A stretch of DNA of 64,000 bases from Candidatus Sulfomarinibacteraceae bacterium (GTDB lineage: Bacteria; Acidobacteriota; Thermoanaerobaculia; Thermoanaerobaculales; Sulfomarinibacteraceae): contig CAWCLO010000010.1 in NCBI GenBank assembly GCA_963796455.1, forward strand, positions 96,001 to 160,000. Direction: 5' to 3'. Under the pieces are notes generated by a model that did no database searches, was not told where the DNA came from, and saw only the letters and a program-made list of their open reading frames with translations. Shown here one piece after another: positions 29,152-41,100 of the stretch. Made by a program: the position numbers and the translations under genes. Each line of letters starts with the position of its first letter. Position 1 is the first letter of the stretch.

Positions 29152-29424
29152 CTAGAGGCCTTCCTTGAGGTTTTTCGAGACTTTGAAGCGGACGCTCTTC
29201 GATGCGGCGATGGTGATGGTCTCACCGGTGGCTGGATTGCGGCCCGTACGGGCCGGTCGTTCCGAAACCTGAAAGGTCCCAAAGTTCGGCACCGTGACCT
29301 TGTCATTCGCTGCCAGCGCTTCTTCTATGATCTCGAAGAGAAGGTCGTAGGTCATCGCGACCTGTGTCTTCGGGTATCCGGTGAGTTCGGCCACTCGGTC
29401 CACGAGATCAGCCTTGCCTGCCAT
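29152..29424 (-). CDS. hup: HU family DNA-binding protein
   Basis: NFGTF...RPARTGRNPATGE...F..SK.LK. Confidence 0.93.
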   Translation of the reverse strand: MAGKADLVDRVAELTGYPKTQVAMTYDLLFEIIEEALAANDKVTVPNFGTFQVSERPARTGRNPATGETITIAASKSVRFKVSKNLKEGL

Positions 29425-29666
29425 GTTGCCTCCCAGGAGCTCGCTCGCCCGGACTATACACGAGGTTCCTGCCCGGATTCGCGAACGGCCTTCAATCGAC
29501 CCTATCGCCGACGACGAAGGGGGTCAAGACTCTCACGAGGCCAGGAATAGGAATCCACCGGACACCGTTGTCCCGGGTACCGGCACAAGCCGTGGATCAC
29601 AAACCGCTTCGGTCCCGTTGCGCAACTGATTCCACAGCCGCCACCGCTGCAAATGAAGGAGACGAT

Positions 29667-30122
29667 ATGCTGAACATCGGAGACCCCTTTGTCGAATTCG
29701 AGCTACCGGCTCACGACGGATCCACCGTCAACAGTGCCGATCTTGCCGACCGGCCTTTTCTATTGTTCTTTTATCCCAAGGCCGACACCCCCGGTTGAAC
29801 GATCCAAGCAAAACAGCTGCGTGACAGCTGGGATGATCTCGAGAAACTGGGAGTCGCAGTCTTCGGCGTATCCTACGACACACCTGAAAGAAACCGGGCA
29901 TTCGCTGCAAAAAACAACCTGCCCTTCCCGCTGCTGTCGGATCAGAACCACGATCTGGCAAAGGCGGTCGGCGCGGCTCGCACGTTGATTCCTCTACCAA
30001 AACGCATCTCCTACCTCGTGGGCGCCGACGGCAAGGTCCTCAAGAGCTATCCGAAGGTCGATCCGAAGAAACACGCCTCAGAGGTCCTGGCTGACTTTCT
30101 GGCGACAATAGCTGCCCAGTAG
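29667..30122 (+). CDS. bcp: BCP/PrxQ peroxiredoxin, selenocysteine-containing (UGA at codon 44)
   Basis: FYPKADTPG-[TGA 29796-29798]-T places the TGA at the peroxidatic Cys position. The frame continues in Prx sequence (GVSYD, FPLLSD, RISYLV) to TAG 30122. A hairpin follows the UGA. Confidence 0.9.
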
Positions 30123-30216
30123 TCGCCCGGAGGATCGGGAACGGGAGCTGGGGAGAAAGGGAGAAAGGGAATCTTCCACCGAAGGATTGGCGAGCTCCCT
30201 TTCTCCCTTTCAAACG

Positions 30217-30242
30217 AAAAAACGGGGCCCGAAGGCCCCGTT
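30217..30242 (-). terminator. Intrinsic terminator after mscS
   Basis: AACGGGGCC-CGAA-GGCCCCGTT hairpin with a T run on the minus strand. Confidence 0.7.
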
Positions 30243-30265
30243 GATTCTGCGCTGTTGCGGGGGTG

Positions 30266-31084
30266 CTAGCTCGCCACTTCGTGGAGATGCACGTCCCGCT
30301 GCGGATAAGGGATCGAGCAACCGGCCGCCTCGAGACCTTCTTTGAGCTGACGGTTGAGATCGAATTTGAGGTTCCAGTAATCCTGGGCCATGCACCACGG
30401 CCGGACAACGATATCGACCGAGGAATCACCGAGATTCGAGACCGCGATCACGACCTCGGGATCGGCCAGCACCCGGTCATCGGCCGCCACGATTCCCTGG
30501 ATCGTGTCGATCGCGGTGCCGACGTTGTCGTCATAGGAGATGCCCATGACCATATCGAGACGCCGGTTCTCGTAGCCGTTGTAGTTGCTGATCGTCGCCC
30601 CGTAAACCTGGGAATTCGGTACCGTGATCTTGATGTTGTCTGGCGATCTGAGCGTGGTGCTGAAGATTCCGATCTCCATGACCACCCCCTTGGTACCGCC
30701 CGCCTCGACATAGTCGCCGAGATCAAAGGGGCGAAAGACCAGAAGCATCACTCCTGAGGCGAAATTGGAGAGAGTGCCCTGCAGTGCCAGACCGACCGCG
30801 AGACCGGCCGCACCGAAGATAGCGACCACCGAGGTGGTGGCAACTCCGAGGCGGTTGAGGGCGGCGATCAATACCACGGCCAGAACCCCGTAATAGACGA
30901 GCTTGGCGACAAAGGGCACCAGAGTGGGATCGATTTCGCCACGCTCGAGACCCTTTCGGGTCAGGCGGCGCGCCCAACCGGCGACCATCCGGCCGACGAC
31001 GAGGATGATGATCGCTGCGACCACCGGCTTGTAATTGTTGGACACAAAGGACCAGGTCGAATCGAGTAGCTGTTGAATCTCCAT
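30266..31084 (-). CDS. mscS: Small-conductance mechanosensitive channel
   Basis: GAAGLAVGLALQGTLSNFASG, RPFDLGD and IPYPQRDVH. Confidence 0.93.
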   Translation of the reverse strand: MEIQQLLDSTWSFVSNNYKPVVAAIIILVVGRMVAGWARRLTRKGLERGEIDPTLVPFVAKLVYYGVLAVVLIAALNRLGVATTSVVAIFGAAGLAVGLALQGTLSNFASGVMLLVFRPFDLGDYVEAGGTKGVVMEIGIFSTTLRSPDNIKITVPNSQVYGATISNYNGYENRRLDMVMGISYDDNVGTAIDTIQGIVAADDRVLADPEVVIAVSNLGDSSVDIVVRPWCMAQDYWNLKFDLNRQLKEGLEAAGCSIPYPQRDVHLHEVAS

Positions 31085-31106
31085 AATCTCTTCTTTTCAG
31101 GCCCGA

Positions 31107-31562
31107 TCAGCCCGCCGCGAGCTCCGATGTACAGTTCGGGCACCGAGTGGCCTTGATGGCAATCTCGGTGCAACAGAAGTCGCAGTCCTTGGTCGTGGGC
31201 TCGGCCGGCGCTTCCTCTTCCTTCTTCTTCAAATTGTTGATCGCCTTGATGACCAGAAAGACCGCAAAGGCGACGATCAGAAAGCTGATCACGGTGTTGA
31301 CGAAGAGACCCCAGTTGATGGTGACCGCGCCGGCAGCCTGGGCATCGGCGAGGGCCGCATAGGGACCTGCGGGATCGCCCATCTTGACCACCGCGAAGAG
31401 ATTCGAAAAATCGACCCCGCCCATCAGCATCCCGATCGGCGGCATCAGCATATCGCTGACAAAGCTTTTGACGATGGTGCCGAATGCGGCACCGATGACG
31501 ATGCCGACCGCCATGTCGACCACATTTCCGCGCATTGCAAATTCTTTGAATTCCTTGAGCAT
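31107..31562 (-). CDS. mscL: Large-conductance mechanosensitive channel with C-terminal Cys knuckle
   Basis: [27 protein letters not shown], with tail CDFC...RCPNC. Confidence 0.95.
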   Translation of the reverse strand: MLKEFKEFAMRGNVVDMAVGIVIGAAFGTIVKSFVSDMLMPPIGMLMGGVDFSNLFAVVKMGDPAGPYAALADAQAAGAVTINWGLFVNTVISFLIVAFAVFLVIKAINNLKKKEEEAPAEPTTKDCDFCCTEIAIKATRCPNCTSELAAG

Positions 31563-31645
31563 TCCATCCCCCTTCGATCGACTCTTCAAGAGTCGACCAT
31601 CTTGTTCCCCGTTAATTAAACAGCGTGCTTCGTCGCACGCGGACC

Positions 31646-32389
31646 TCAGAAGTTGAAGACCACCGATGCGGTCGAGGTCGTGTCCGTGCTCTTGGCATCA
31701 CCGATCGGCTCGTTGCGATAACGCACGTCGAAACCAAAACGGAGGGCCAACCACGAGTTGACCGCCGCTTCGATGGCGGTCATCGATGACAGCCGCCAAT
31801 CCGATGTTGTATCGAAATTCGGGAGGAAGACGAGGCGTTCGGTGAGCTTCGCACTCTCGCTGATCTTCCATTCCCAACCGAGGCCAAAGAGACCACCGAT
31901 GAAGTTCATGTCTTCCGCCGGCGGGATACGATCTTCCCAGGTATAGGCAAGACCCATGTCAAAGGTCAGAAGGTGGCGATCACTCTGCACCGCGAGGTAG
32001 GTTGCACCGGCCGAGACCACGGTCTGAGAATCAAAGCCCGCAAAGGTGTCCTTTGCCCATGCCAGACCGCCAAAGGCTTCCCAGCGGTCATTGAGCTTGC
32101 GCACCGCTCGGCCGCTGAGCAGGTAGTTCTCGGCTGTGAGGTTGCCCGAGTCTTCGGCCCGGTTGCCTCGCGCGAGGAAGGACAGACCCCACGGATCCGG
32201 CACCCGATCGAGACCAAAATCAAGTCCAAAAGAACTTGTGTCGGTATTACCGGAGGTCGCCACCCACGAAAGCCCCAAGGAGCCCGCCCAAATCGGCACT
32301 ACTTCTTCTTCGGTTTCTTGGGCCAACACCGGCACCGTGCCCATCATCAGAATCAAGACCACACTCAGCGCACCGATCGAACGTCGCAT
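31646..32389 (-). CDS. DUF481 (YdiY-like) outer membrane beta-barrel protein
   Basis: Signal peptide, TSGNTDT, alternating beta pattern and C-terminal Phe. Confidence 0.8.
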   Translation of the reverse strand: MRRSIGALSVVLILMMGTVPVLAQETEEEVVPIWAGSLGLSWVATSGNTDTSSFGLDFGLDRVPDPWGLSFLARGNRAEDSGNLTAENYLLSGRAVRKLNDRWEAFGGLAWAKDTFAGFDSQTVVSAGATYLAVQSDRHLLTFDMGLAYTWEDRIPPAEDMNFIGGLFGLGWEWKISESAKLTERLVFLPNFDTTSDWRLSSMTAIEAAVNSWLALRFGFDVRYRNEPIGDAKSTDTTSTASVVFNF

Positions 32390-32601
32390 CGCTTAACTTC
32401 CTCCGTCTATTTTTTTTCGTACATCTGATTGACCACACACTACCTTAAAAGTCACTTTTGAGCGAAAAAATTGCGTGCAGATCCTTTGATCGGCAACCGG
32501 CAGTCAAGCATCATAATTCCCGAGCGGTATACTTTTGACGTGCCCATCAATTTCACCCCACGCCTGATCCACCAGAATCTTGCGCCGGCCGGCGGTTTCT
32601 G

Positions 32602-35060
32602 ATGAAAACCGGCCGCGTCTTTGTCGCTACCGAGACCGCGGGGCCGCGCTCGCGTTTGGTGGCGATGATCGGAGCGGTCGCAGCCGGTCTCGGCGTCGCC
32701 GTCCTGCAAAACGTTTTGCAGTGGCAAGGGGACCGGATCGAGTTCTTGATTCTGGCGGGATTCAATGCCTTCCTGGCCTCTCTCGCAACATGGTTTTTTC
32801 ATATCAGGTGGCAGGTGCTGGGTGACGTCTTCGACCGCCAGGTCAAAAACGTCTTTCTCCCGATAGCCTGCCATTTTTTGCTGCTGCTGGCGCTCGAGGC
32901 TCTGGTGCCTTCGCAGACTGTGCGCGATACCTTCGGTCTCATCTCATGGGTCATCTCGCAAACTCTGGCTGCCGCGATCCTGTTGTTCACGTTCCGCGGT
33001 GGCAGGGACTACGGATCCGGCAAGAGGGTTCTGCGTACCACCGGCGCGGTCGGTATCGCGGTGGCCGTTTGGGGCATCTTCCACCTGCTCCATGACGCCG
33101 GTCTGGTTCGCGGCATCGCCCCCATAGAAGCCGGTCTCGCCACCGTCTTTCTCCTGGCGGCCGTCGTGCCGATGCTGGGGGGCGGCGACCAACGCCAACC
33201 GCGAGAGGTGTGGCTGGGGGCGGCCTTCCTTCTCACAGCGATCGCCCATATGAACCTGTCGTGGTCGAGTACGGTTTACGACAGTCCCTTCATGTGGGCC
33301 CATGTCCTGCTCGGGCTCAGCCTCGCAACACCAACCATTGGCGCGGTTTTCGAAAACGTCACGCTCCTGGAGTCCCAGACCGCGCTCTCCGATCGGCTCA
33401 AACGCCTCCGCAGCAGGATGGAGATCCTGCTCGATACGCTGCCGGTGTTGGTCCTTTCGGTGGATCGCGACCGCAATATCCGCTACGCCAACCGGGCTGC
33501 GAGCCAGCTCTTCTCCATCCCCCACGGGGCCGGGGACACGGATCACGGATCGGAATGGCTGGACCGGATCCATGCCAATCACCGGCCGCAGATCTACTCC
33601 GCCATCCCGTCCGTGCTCGAGGGCGGGAGGGGAATCTGGGAAGAGATGATTCGGGTCGAAGACGCCGAGGGCACGGTGCACTGGCTCAACACCCAGATGC
33701 AGCCGGTCGCCGATCCGGTGGTCAACGAAACACTGATCCAGGTCGTCGCCGTCGACGTGACGGATCTTCATCTCGCCAGACGGGCGGCCGAGGGCCGCCA
33801 GTCGCGACTGGCGTTTCTTTCCAACCTCGCCCAGAGCCTTTCGGGAGAGCTCGAAGAACAAAAAATCCTCGATCTTTTCCTCGAACTCGGGCAAGAAATC
33901 CTGCCGCTGCAGTCGCTTCTTTTGTACCGTCCGGTGGCGACCAGCGACGGGCTCAGGTTGGAGGCCGGCACCGGCCCTGGCATCGAAGCATTCGAGGGCG
34001 ATCGCTTCCGCCACCTCACCGATGTTGACCACCCATGTGTGAAGACCTTTCACGAGGGCGTGCCACAGGGAGCACCTACGGCGGGCAACGTGCCCGACGA
34101 GCTTGCCGAGTGGCTCGCCGCGGAGCACCAGATCCAATACTTGAACTATCTGCCACTGACCGCCGCAGGCCGGACCGCGGGGGTTCTTTTGGCGACCTCC
34201 GGAACGCCCCTCAATCTGGCCGTCGAAGATATCGATCTGCTTTCACAGATCGGATTCCTGGTGGGTGGCGCGATTTCCCTCTCGCAGTTGGTGCGCGAAC
34301 TCGATGAACAACGGGCGGTGGCCTTCGAGGCTTCGCGGTTGAAATCGGAGTTTCTCGCCAATACTTCGCACGAACTCCGGACACCATTGACGGCGATCCT
34401 CGGTTTTCTCCGTCTCATCATCGACGGCGCGGTGAAAGACCCGGAAAAACAGCGGGAATTCCTGACCATAGCCCACGAATCGGCCGAGAGTCTGCTCAAT
34501 ATCATCAACGACGTCCTCGACCTCGCCAAGATCGAGGCCGGCCGCCTCGAGGTCCATTTTGCGCCGGTCCCGGTGCGGACCGTGCTCAAGGACATTCAGA
34601 CCCTTTTCCGGCATCAGATGAAGAGCAAGGGTCTGCGATTCGAGACCGAAGGATCGGATAGCAAGCTGGTACTGTGGGCGGATTCCGACCGGACATCGCA
34701 GATCCTCACCAATCTGATATCGAACGCGATGAAGTTCACCAATCGGGGGGACTCAATCGTCGTCAGGTGCCGGGCCCGCGACACCAAGATCCTCTTCGAA
34801 GTCGTGGACTCGGGTATCGGGATCGCACCCGACGAATTGGAAAAGATCTTCTCGTCCTTTTACCAGGTCGATGGCTCCACCACCCGGCAACGGGGGGGAC
34901 CGGTCTCGGGCTTGCCATCTCACGCCGTCTGGCCGAGCTGATGGGCGGCACGCTCGAGCTCGACAGCGAGGGCGTCAATCGCGGTGCGACGGCGCGGCTC
35001 GTCCTCGGAGAGTTCACCACCGACCACGAGGCGACAAATCCCGAGCTTCGCGCACCCTAA
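32602..35060 (+). CDS. Membrane sensor histidine kinase (TM-PAS-GAF-HisKA-HATPase); frameshift in the G run near 34895
   Basis: SHELRTPL, NAMKFT and DSGIGI. The G2 box GGTGLGLAISRRL lies in the shifted frame ending at 35060. Confidence 0.88.
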
Positions 35061-35208
35061 AAAGCGGTGGAGCCGATGTCGGCGCTGATTGAACCACAGA
35101 GGCACCCTGACGTTTCGTCACAACCACCAAGACGCCAAAGGCACCAAGTCATCACAATGACGCCGGCGGAGCCGGGAATTTCTTTTCCTGCGGGTCCTTC
35201 TCCTGAGA

Positions 35209-35468
35209 TCGCCCACAGAACACACAGAAACCATCGCAGCCACGAAGACGGACAGAACGCAGAGGCGCAACGACATCGATGTGAAACTGGGAGCGTCGAG
35301 CAATCCTTTCGCGAATAGGTAGAGGAAGAAGGAGGCGAGGCCTGCGCTTGAGCGCAGGCCGGTATCTCGCCAGATTGAGGCAGGTGATCCCCCGGCATCT
35401 TTGCGATCTTCGCGGCCTTTGCGGTTTTTGCGATGGCTTCTATGTTTTTCTGTGTGTTCTGTGGGCGA
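35209..35468. repeat. MITE-like unit bounded by a perfect 22-bp inverted repeat
   Basis: TCGCCCACAGAACACACAGAAA at 35209-35230 and its reverse complement at 35447-35468. Confidence 0.65.
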
Positions 35469-35694
35469 CAACGGGTCTCTTCAGGGATTCTGCGGTTCGA
35501 CAGGGATGAACGATGCGACCTGAACGAGAATCCTTTGCCCCAGAAAATTCGATTGCTGCTCAAACACGCAATAACTCAATACTCTTCCAATCATTTAAAT
35601 TTAGATTACGATGACAGGCACCAAATCGTCGCTGCATGAAGCGAGCGGAATCGGGGTCCAGATGCGGTGCAATCTTCGCAACAATCCCTCTCCC

Positions 35695-35722
35695 TTGACA
35701 ATCCAAAGTGTTTCTGTATATT
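35695..35722 (+). promoter_or_regulatory. Putative sigma70 promoter of the efflux operon
   Basis: TTGACA-N16-TATATT upstream of a GGAGG ATG. Confidence 0.55.
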
Positions 35723-35756
35723 CCTAAATGGTTATGAAGTGATCTCTTGCGGAGGC

Positions 35757-37103
35757 ATGATGGGTGCAAAGCTTCTCACCGTCTCGATATTGATCTCGGC
35801 AGTCAGCGGTCTTGGGGCCCAGGAGTTGACGCTCGATGACGCCGTGCAAACCGCGCTCGCCAATAATCCCGAAGTGGTATCCGCCCGGGAACGGGCAGCA
35901 GCGGCGGGCGAACGATCCGAACAGGCCAAGGGTCATCGATTGCCGGAGCTCAACCTCAGCGAGTCCTTCATCTACAGCAACAACCCCGCGGAAGTCTTCG
36001 CCCTGACCCTGAACCAGGGCCGATTCGATATGGAAAAATTTTTCATGTCGGACCCCAACAACCCGGATCCCCTGTCGACCTGGGTGACCAGTGCCGAGCT
36101 CGTGGTTCCAGTTTATACAGGCGGCAAGTTGTCGGCGCGGGTCCATCAGGCAGCTGCCATGGCGACCGCTGGTGAGCTCGAGTATCTCCACACCCGCGAA
36201 AAAGTGGTCTTCGAGACCATGACCGCCTATATCAATCTTGCCAAGGCCCGTGAGCACGTGGCCCTGCTCGAGAAGGCGCGGGCGACCACGGCCGAAAACG
36301 TCAGAATCGCCGAGCAGTACTCGGCGCAAGGAATCATCCTCGAAGCCGACGTCTTGCAGTCAAGGGTCTTTCTCTCCGAAATGGATGACCTGGTGGCGAC
36401 CGCCCGCAATGGCGAACGACTCGCCCAGGCAGCCCTCAACTATCAGATGGGCGTCAGTCAATCGCTCCCCCGGCTCCAGGCCGAGATGCCGCCGCCGCCA
36501 CCTGTCATCAATGATCTCGAGAGCCTGGTCGGTGGTGCGCTGGCCGATCGTCGCGACCTCAACGCCGCTCGTCGCCGTCTGGATGCCGGTCGTCTCGAGG
36601 AAAAAGCAAACAAACCGGGCTATCTGCCCGAGATCGCGGTACGCGGCAACTACGACCTCTACGACGACCAGATCTTTGGTTCCAACGGACACTCGGGGTC
36701 GATCATGGCATTCGCCAAGATCAACGTCTTTTCAGGTGGTTCCAACTCCTCGGCACGCGCTGCGGCCAGACACCAGACCGCCTCCTACGAAGCCGACATC
36801 CGTCGTTTCGAAGAGGGCGTCCGGCTCGAGGTGCAGCAGGCCTGGCTGGATCTCCAGACCGCCGGTACGCGACACCTCACCGCCAAATCCGCGGTGACCG
36901 CCGCCACGGAAGCACTCCGGGTGCGCGAAAGCAGGTTCCGCCAGGGCCTCGACAAGATGCTCGATCTCCTGGCTGCACAGACCGCTCTTCGCGAGACCGA
37001 GATGCGCGAAATGATCGCCCGTTATGACCTTGCTCTCAACACCCACCGTCTCAGGTTCGTGTCGGGCGCATCGCTGACCGATGGTACGGAGGAAAGTCGA
37101 TGA
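35757..37103 (+). CDS. TolC family outer membrane efflux protein
   Basis: Signal peptide, LTLDDAVQTALANNP and repeated OEP halves. Confidence 0.9.
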   Translation: MMGAKLLTVSILISAVSGLGAQELTLDDAVQTALANNPEVVSARERAAAAGERSEQAKGHRLPELNLSESFIYSNNPAEVFALTLNQGRFDMEKFFMSDPNNPDPLSTWVTSAELVVPVYTGGKLSARVHQAAAMATAGELEYLHTREKVVFETMTAYINLAKAREHVALLEKARATTAENVRIAEQYSAQGIILEADVLQSRVFLSEMDDLVATARNGERLAQAALNYQMGVSQSLPRLQAEMPPPPPVINDLESLVGGALADRRDLNAARRRLDAGRLEEKANKPGYLPEIAVRGNYDLYDDQIFGSNGHSGSIMAFAKINVFSGGSNSSARAAARHQTASYEADIRRFEEGVRLEVQQAWLDLQTAGTRHLTAKSAVTAATEALRVRESRFRQGLDKMLDLLAAQTALRETEMREMIARYDLALNTHRLRFVSGASLTDGTEESR

Positions 37104-38173
37104 AAAACCTGAAAACCCTGATTCCAGTCATCGCTCTGGTGTTTTCGCTCGGATGCGGACACGAGCAACCGCAACAGGCCGAAACCGTCCTCGCACCCAT
37201 ATCGGTGGACGTAGCGGAGGTCGAGCTGATCCAGGAAGAAAAACCGATCGAGGTTCGGGGAGTCGTGCAAGCTGCCCGCCAGGCCGTGGTATCGAGCCGT
37301 GTCATGGGCCCGGTGGTCGCCCTCAGGGTACGAGCCGGTGCAGTGGTCGGCAAAAATCACGTGCTTCTCGAGATCCAACCCGAAGCCGCCGACGGCCAGT
37401 TGGCCCAGGCCAGCGGCGCACTCGCGCAGGCACAGGCGGCGCTCTCGCTCGCCGAACGGAACTTTTCGAGATACAAAGCTCTGGCCAAGGAGAACGCGGC
37501 CTCGGATCTCGAACTCGATATGGCGCGGATGCAGTTCGAACAGGCGCAGGGCGCGGTCGAGCAGGCCGAGGGCGCGGTCCAGGCGGCATCCTCGGTGGCC
37601 GGGGAGTCCGCCGTCCGATCGCCATTTGCCGCGCGGGTCGTCGAAACTCTGGTCGAGGTCGGAGACCTCGCGGCCCCCGGCAGGCCATTGGTCAAGCTCG
37701 AGTCGATCGGAGGCCAGCAGATCTGGTTGACGGTGCGCGAAGGAGACCTTCGGCGGGTGGCTCTCGGCGACACAATCGGCGTTCGATTCGATGCTCGTCC
37801 TGATCTGGAGGTGGTTGACGGCTCGATCGTGGAGATCGTCCCATCCGCCGATTCGGCGACCCACACATTCACCATCAAGGTCGACCTCGGTGGGCTCGAG
37901 ATTCCCTCTGGTTTTTCCGGCCGAGCCGAGATATCCGGTGATTCGACCGGCCGTCTGGTTGTCGGTCGGGAAGCGGTCCACCAACGAGGCGGCCTGGAAC
38001 TGGTTGTCGTCCGCTCCGAAGATGGAACCGCCCGCACTCGCGCGGTCACCACCGGCGCTTCGACCACCGACAACCGAATCGAGATTCTTTCCGGTCTCGA
38101 CCAGGGTGAATCGGTGGTCATGAACATCGCCGGCCCGGTGGCCGACGGCACCCCGCTGGAGCTGCAGCGATGA
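37100..38173 (+). CDS. RND efflux periplasmic adaptor (lipoprotein)
   Basis: Lipobox SLGC, lipoyl-hairpin motifs (SSRVMG, RSPFAARV) and ILSGL..GE.VV. Confidence 0.9.
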   Translation: MKNLKTLIPVIALVFSLGCGHEQPQQAETVLAPISVDVAEVELIQEEKPIEVRGVVQAARQAVVSSRVMGPVVALRVRAGAVVGKNHVLLEIQPEAADGQLAQASGALAQAQAALSLAERNFSRYKALAKENAASDLELDMARMQFEQAQGAVEQAEGAVQAASSVAGESAVRSPFAARVVETLVEVGDLAAPGRPLVKLESIGGQQIWLTVREGDLRRVALGDTIGVRFDARPDLEVVDGSIVEIVPSADSATHTFTIKVDLGGLEIPSGFSGRAEISGDSTGRLVVGREAVHQRGGLELVVVRSEDGTARTRAVTTGASTTDNRIEILSGLDQGESVVMNIAGPVADGTPLELQR

Positions 38174-41100
38174 CCGGCGATAACAACGATCAAAAAAAGG
38201 CCGGCGGCGCAAAGCCGCAACCCGGCGAGATCGAGCAGGCACACCGCGACGCGTTGCGCCTCAAGATGACCCGGCGCAAGCTCGGCACTGCCGGACGAAT
38301 CGGCCAGATGTTTCTCGAGTCGAAGCTGACGCCCTTGATCGTCGTCGCATCCCTGCTTCTCGGGCTTTTCGCCATCATCGTGACGCCTTCGGAGGAGGAG
38401 CCCCAGATCAAGGTCCCGATGATCGACGTCATGGTGGGCTTTCCGGGCGCGACCGCCGAGGAACTGGAACACACCGTCATCACGCCTCTGGAGAAACTCC
38501 TCTACGAGATCGAAAACGTCGAATACATCTACTCGATCTCGAACCCCTCCGGCGGATTGATCGTGGTCCGGTTCCTGGTCGGAACCGATCCCGACCAGGC
38601 TGCCGTGCGCGTCCACACCAAGATCCAATCGGCGGTCGACACCATGCCCGCGGGGGTCATGCCACCGGTCGTCAAACCGCGAACCATCGATGACGTTCCG
38701 GTCGTCGCCTACACCCTGTGGAGCCAACAGGCATCGCCGGCTGAATTGCGGCAGGTGGCCGACGAGATCAAGGTCGAGCTCACCCGCCACCCTCGGGTGG
38801 CGCAGGTATCGATCATCGGTGGACAACGCCGGGTCCTGCGGGTGGATTTTGATCGCGAGGCGCTGGCTTCTCGAAATGTCTCCATTCTCCAGGCCTACGG
38901 CGCACTGCAAAGCCTGAACTGGCGTCTCCCGGCCGGATCCACCTCGGTTGCCAATTCGGAAGTGGTCGTCGATGTCGGACAGTTTCTGACGAGCGCCGAC
39001 GAGGTGGGCGATGTGGTGCTGTCTTCGTCCGGTGGCCGGCCGGTCTATTTGAAGGACGTGGCCAGGGTTTTTGAAGGGCCCGAAGAACCAGCATCCTACG
39101 TATGGCTGGGAACCGGGCCGGCAGCTCCGGAGAAGGGTCTCGAGTCCGCCGGCATGGATCTGCCGGCTGTGACGATCGCGGTAGCCAAAAAACCGGGCAC
39201 GAACGCCGTCGACATGGTCGAAGATCTCGATCGCATGCTCGATGGCCTCGCCGGAAAAATGATCCCCTCCAACGTCGAGATCCTCAAGACCCGCGACTAC
39301 GGCGCGACGGCCGATGAAAAGGCCGACGAGCTGCTCAAACACCTGTACTCGGCCACCATCGCCGTGATCCTCCTGATGTGGATCACGCTGTCGTGGAGGG
39401 AAGCCACGGTGGTAGCCGTCGTCATTCCGGTGACTCTGGCTTTGACCCTCGCCGCCTCCTATTTCTTCGGCTATACACTCAACCGGGTCAGCCTTTTCGC
39501 TCTGGTCTTTTCGATCGGAATCCTGGTCGATGACGCGATCGTGGTGGTGGAAAACATCCACCGCCACATCAAGCTCAAATGGGCGGGGGCAAAACAGACC
39601 ACCGTTTACGCCGTCGACGAGGTCGGCAACCCGACCATTCTCGCCACCTTCGCCATCATCTCCGCGCTGCTGCCGCTGGCCTTCGTCCGCGGACTGATGG
39701 GCCCCTATATGCGGCCGATCCCGATCAACGCCTCGGCGGCGATGCTCTTCTCCTTGATGGTGGCTTTCACCATCTCGCCGTGGATGGCCTACCGACTCTT
39801 CCGTAAGGAATCGAAGGGGGAAGACGACTCCAAGGGTGTTCCTCTCGAAGATAGCGGTCTGCCCGAGGAGGGCAGAATTTCAAAGCTCTACTCCTGGGTG
39901 ATGGATCCGATGATCAAGCGCTCGGTCCTCCGATACGCCTTTCTGGCCGCCGTCGCCACCCTGTTGGTCTTCGCTATGGGGACTGTGGCCATCGGTTTCA
40001 CCACCGTCAAGATGCTGCCTCACGACAACAAATCGGAGCTGCAGGTGGTGATCGATGCGCCCGAAGGATTCACCCTCGAGCAAACCAACGCCGCCGCCCG
40101 TGAGCTCGCGTATCAGTTCCGTACCATGCCCGAAGTGACCGACTTTCAGATCTACGTCGGGACCTCGGCACCCTTCAATTTCAACGGTCTCGTCCGTCAC
40201 TATTTCCTGCGGACCGGCAGCAATGTTGCCGACATTCAGCTCAACGTCGTCCACAAACACAAAAGGGCCGACAAAAGCCACGCTCTCGCCAACGAGGTCC
40301 GGCAGATGCTGCTGCCGACGGCCGACCGGCTCGGCGTCGACATCAAGGTGGCCGAGATTCCGCCCGGCCCGCCGGTGCTCTCCACCCTGGTGGCGGAGGT
40401 CTATGGACCGACCTTTGACGGTCGCCTCGAGGTGGCGCGACAGGTCAAAGATGTCTTTGCCGGCACCGACGGCGTCGTCGATGTGGATTGGGAGGTCGAG
40501 GCCGCCGGCCCGCGAATCGAGGTCCGCGTCGATCGCGAAAAGGCGATCGCCGCCGGCATCACCGCCGAACAGGTTGTGCGGACCCTCCGTGTGGCCCTCG
40601 ACGGCGCCGATGCCGGTCTCGTCCACGATCCAACGACCCGTGATCCGGTGCCCATCGTGCTCCGGCTCGATCGCGCACAGCGTGCCCATGTGGACGATCT
40701 TCTGCAGCTGACCGTGCACGGCAGCAGCGGCCGCATGGTTCCTTTGTCGGAGATCACGACGGTGATCGACGGCGAGCGCGAACAAAGCCGCTACCACAAG
40801 AATCTGCAGCCGGTGACCTATGTCTATGGTGAGGTCGCCGGTCGTTTCGAGGCACCCGTCTACGCAATCCTCGAAATGAAGGACCAACTGGCCGAGATCA
40901 TCACGCCTCTCGGCAAAGAACTCGAGATCATCACCACGACCCTGCCGGAGGACAGCAGCCGCTACATCATGAAATGGGACGGTGAGTGGCACATCACCTA
41001 CGAGGTCTTCCGCGATATGGGAATCGCCTTTGCGGTCGTGATGGTGCTGATTTATGTGCTGATGGTCGGCTGGTTCAAATCCTTCATCACACCGATCATC

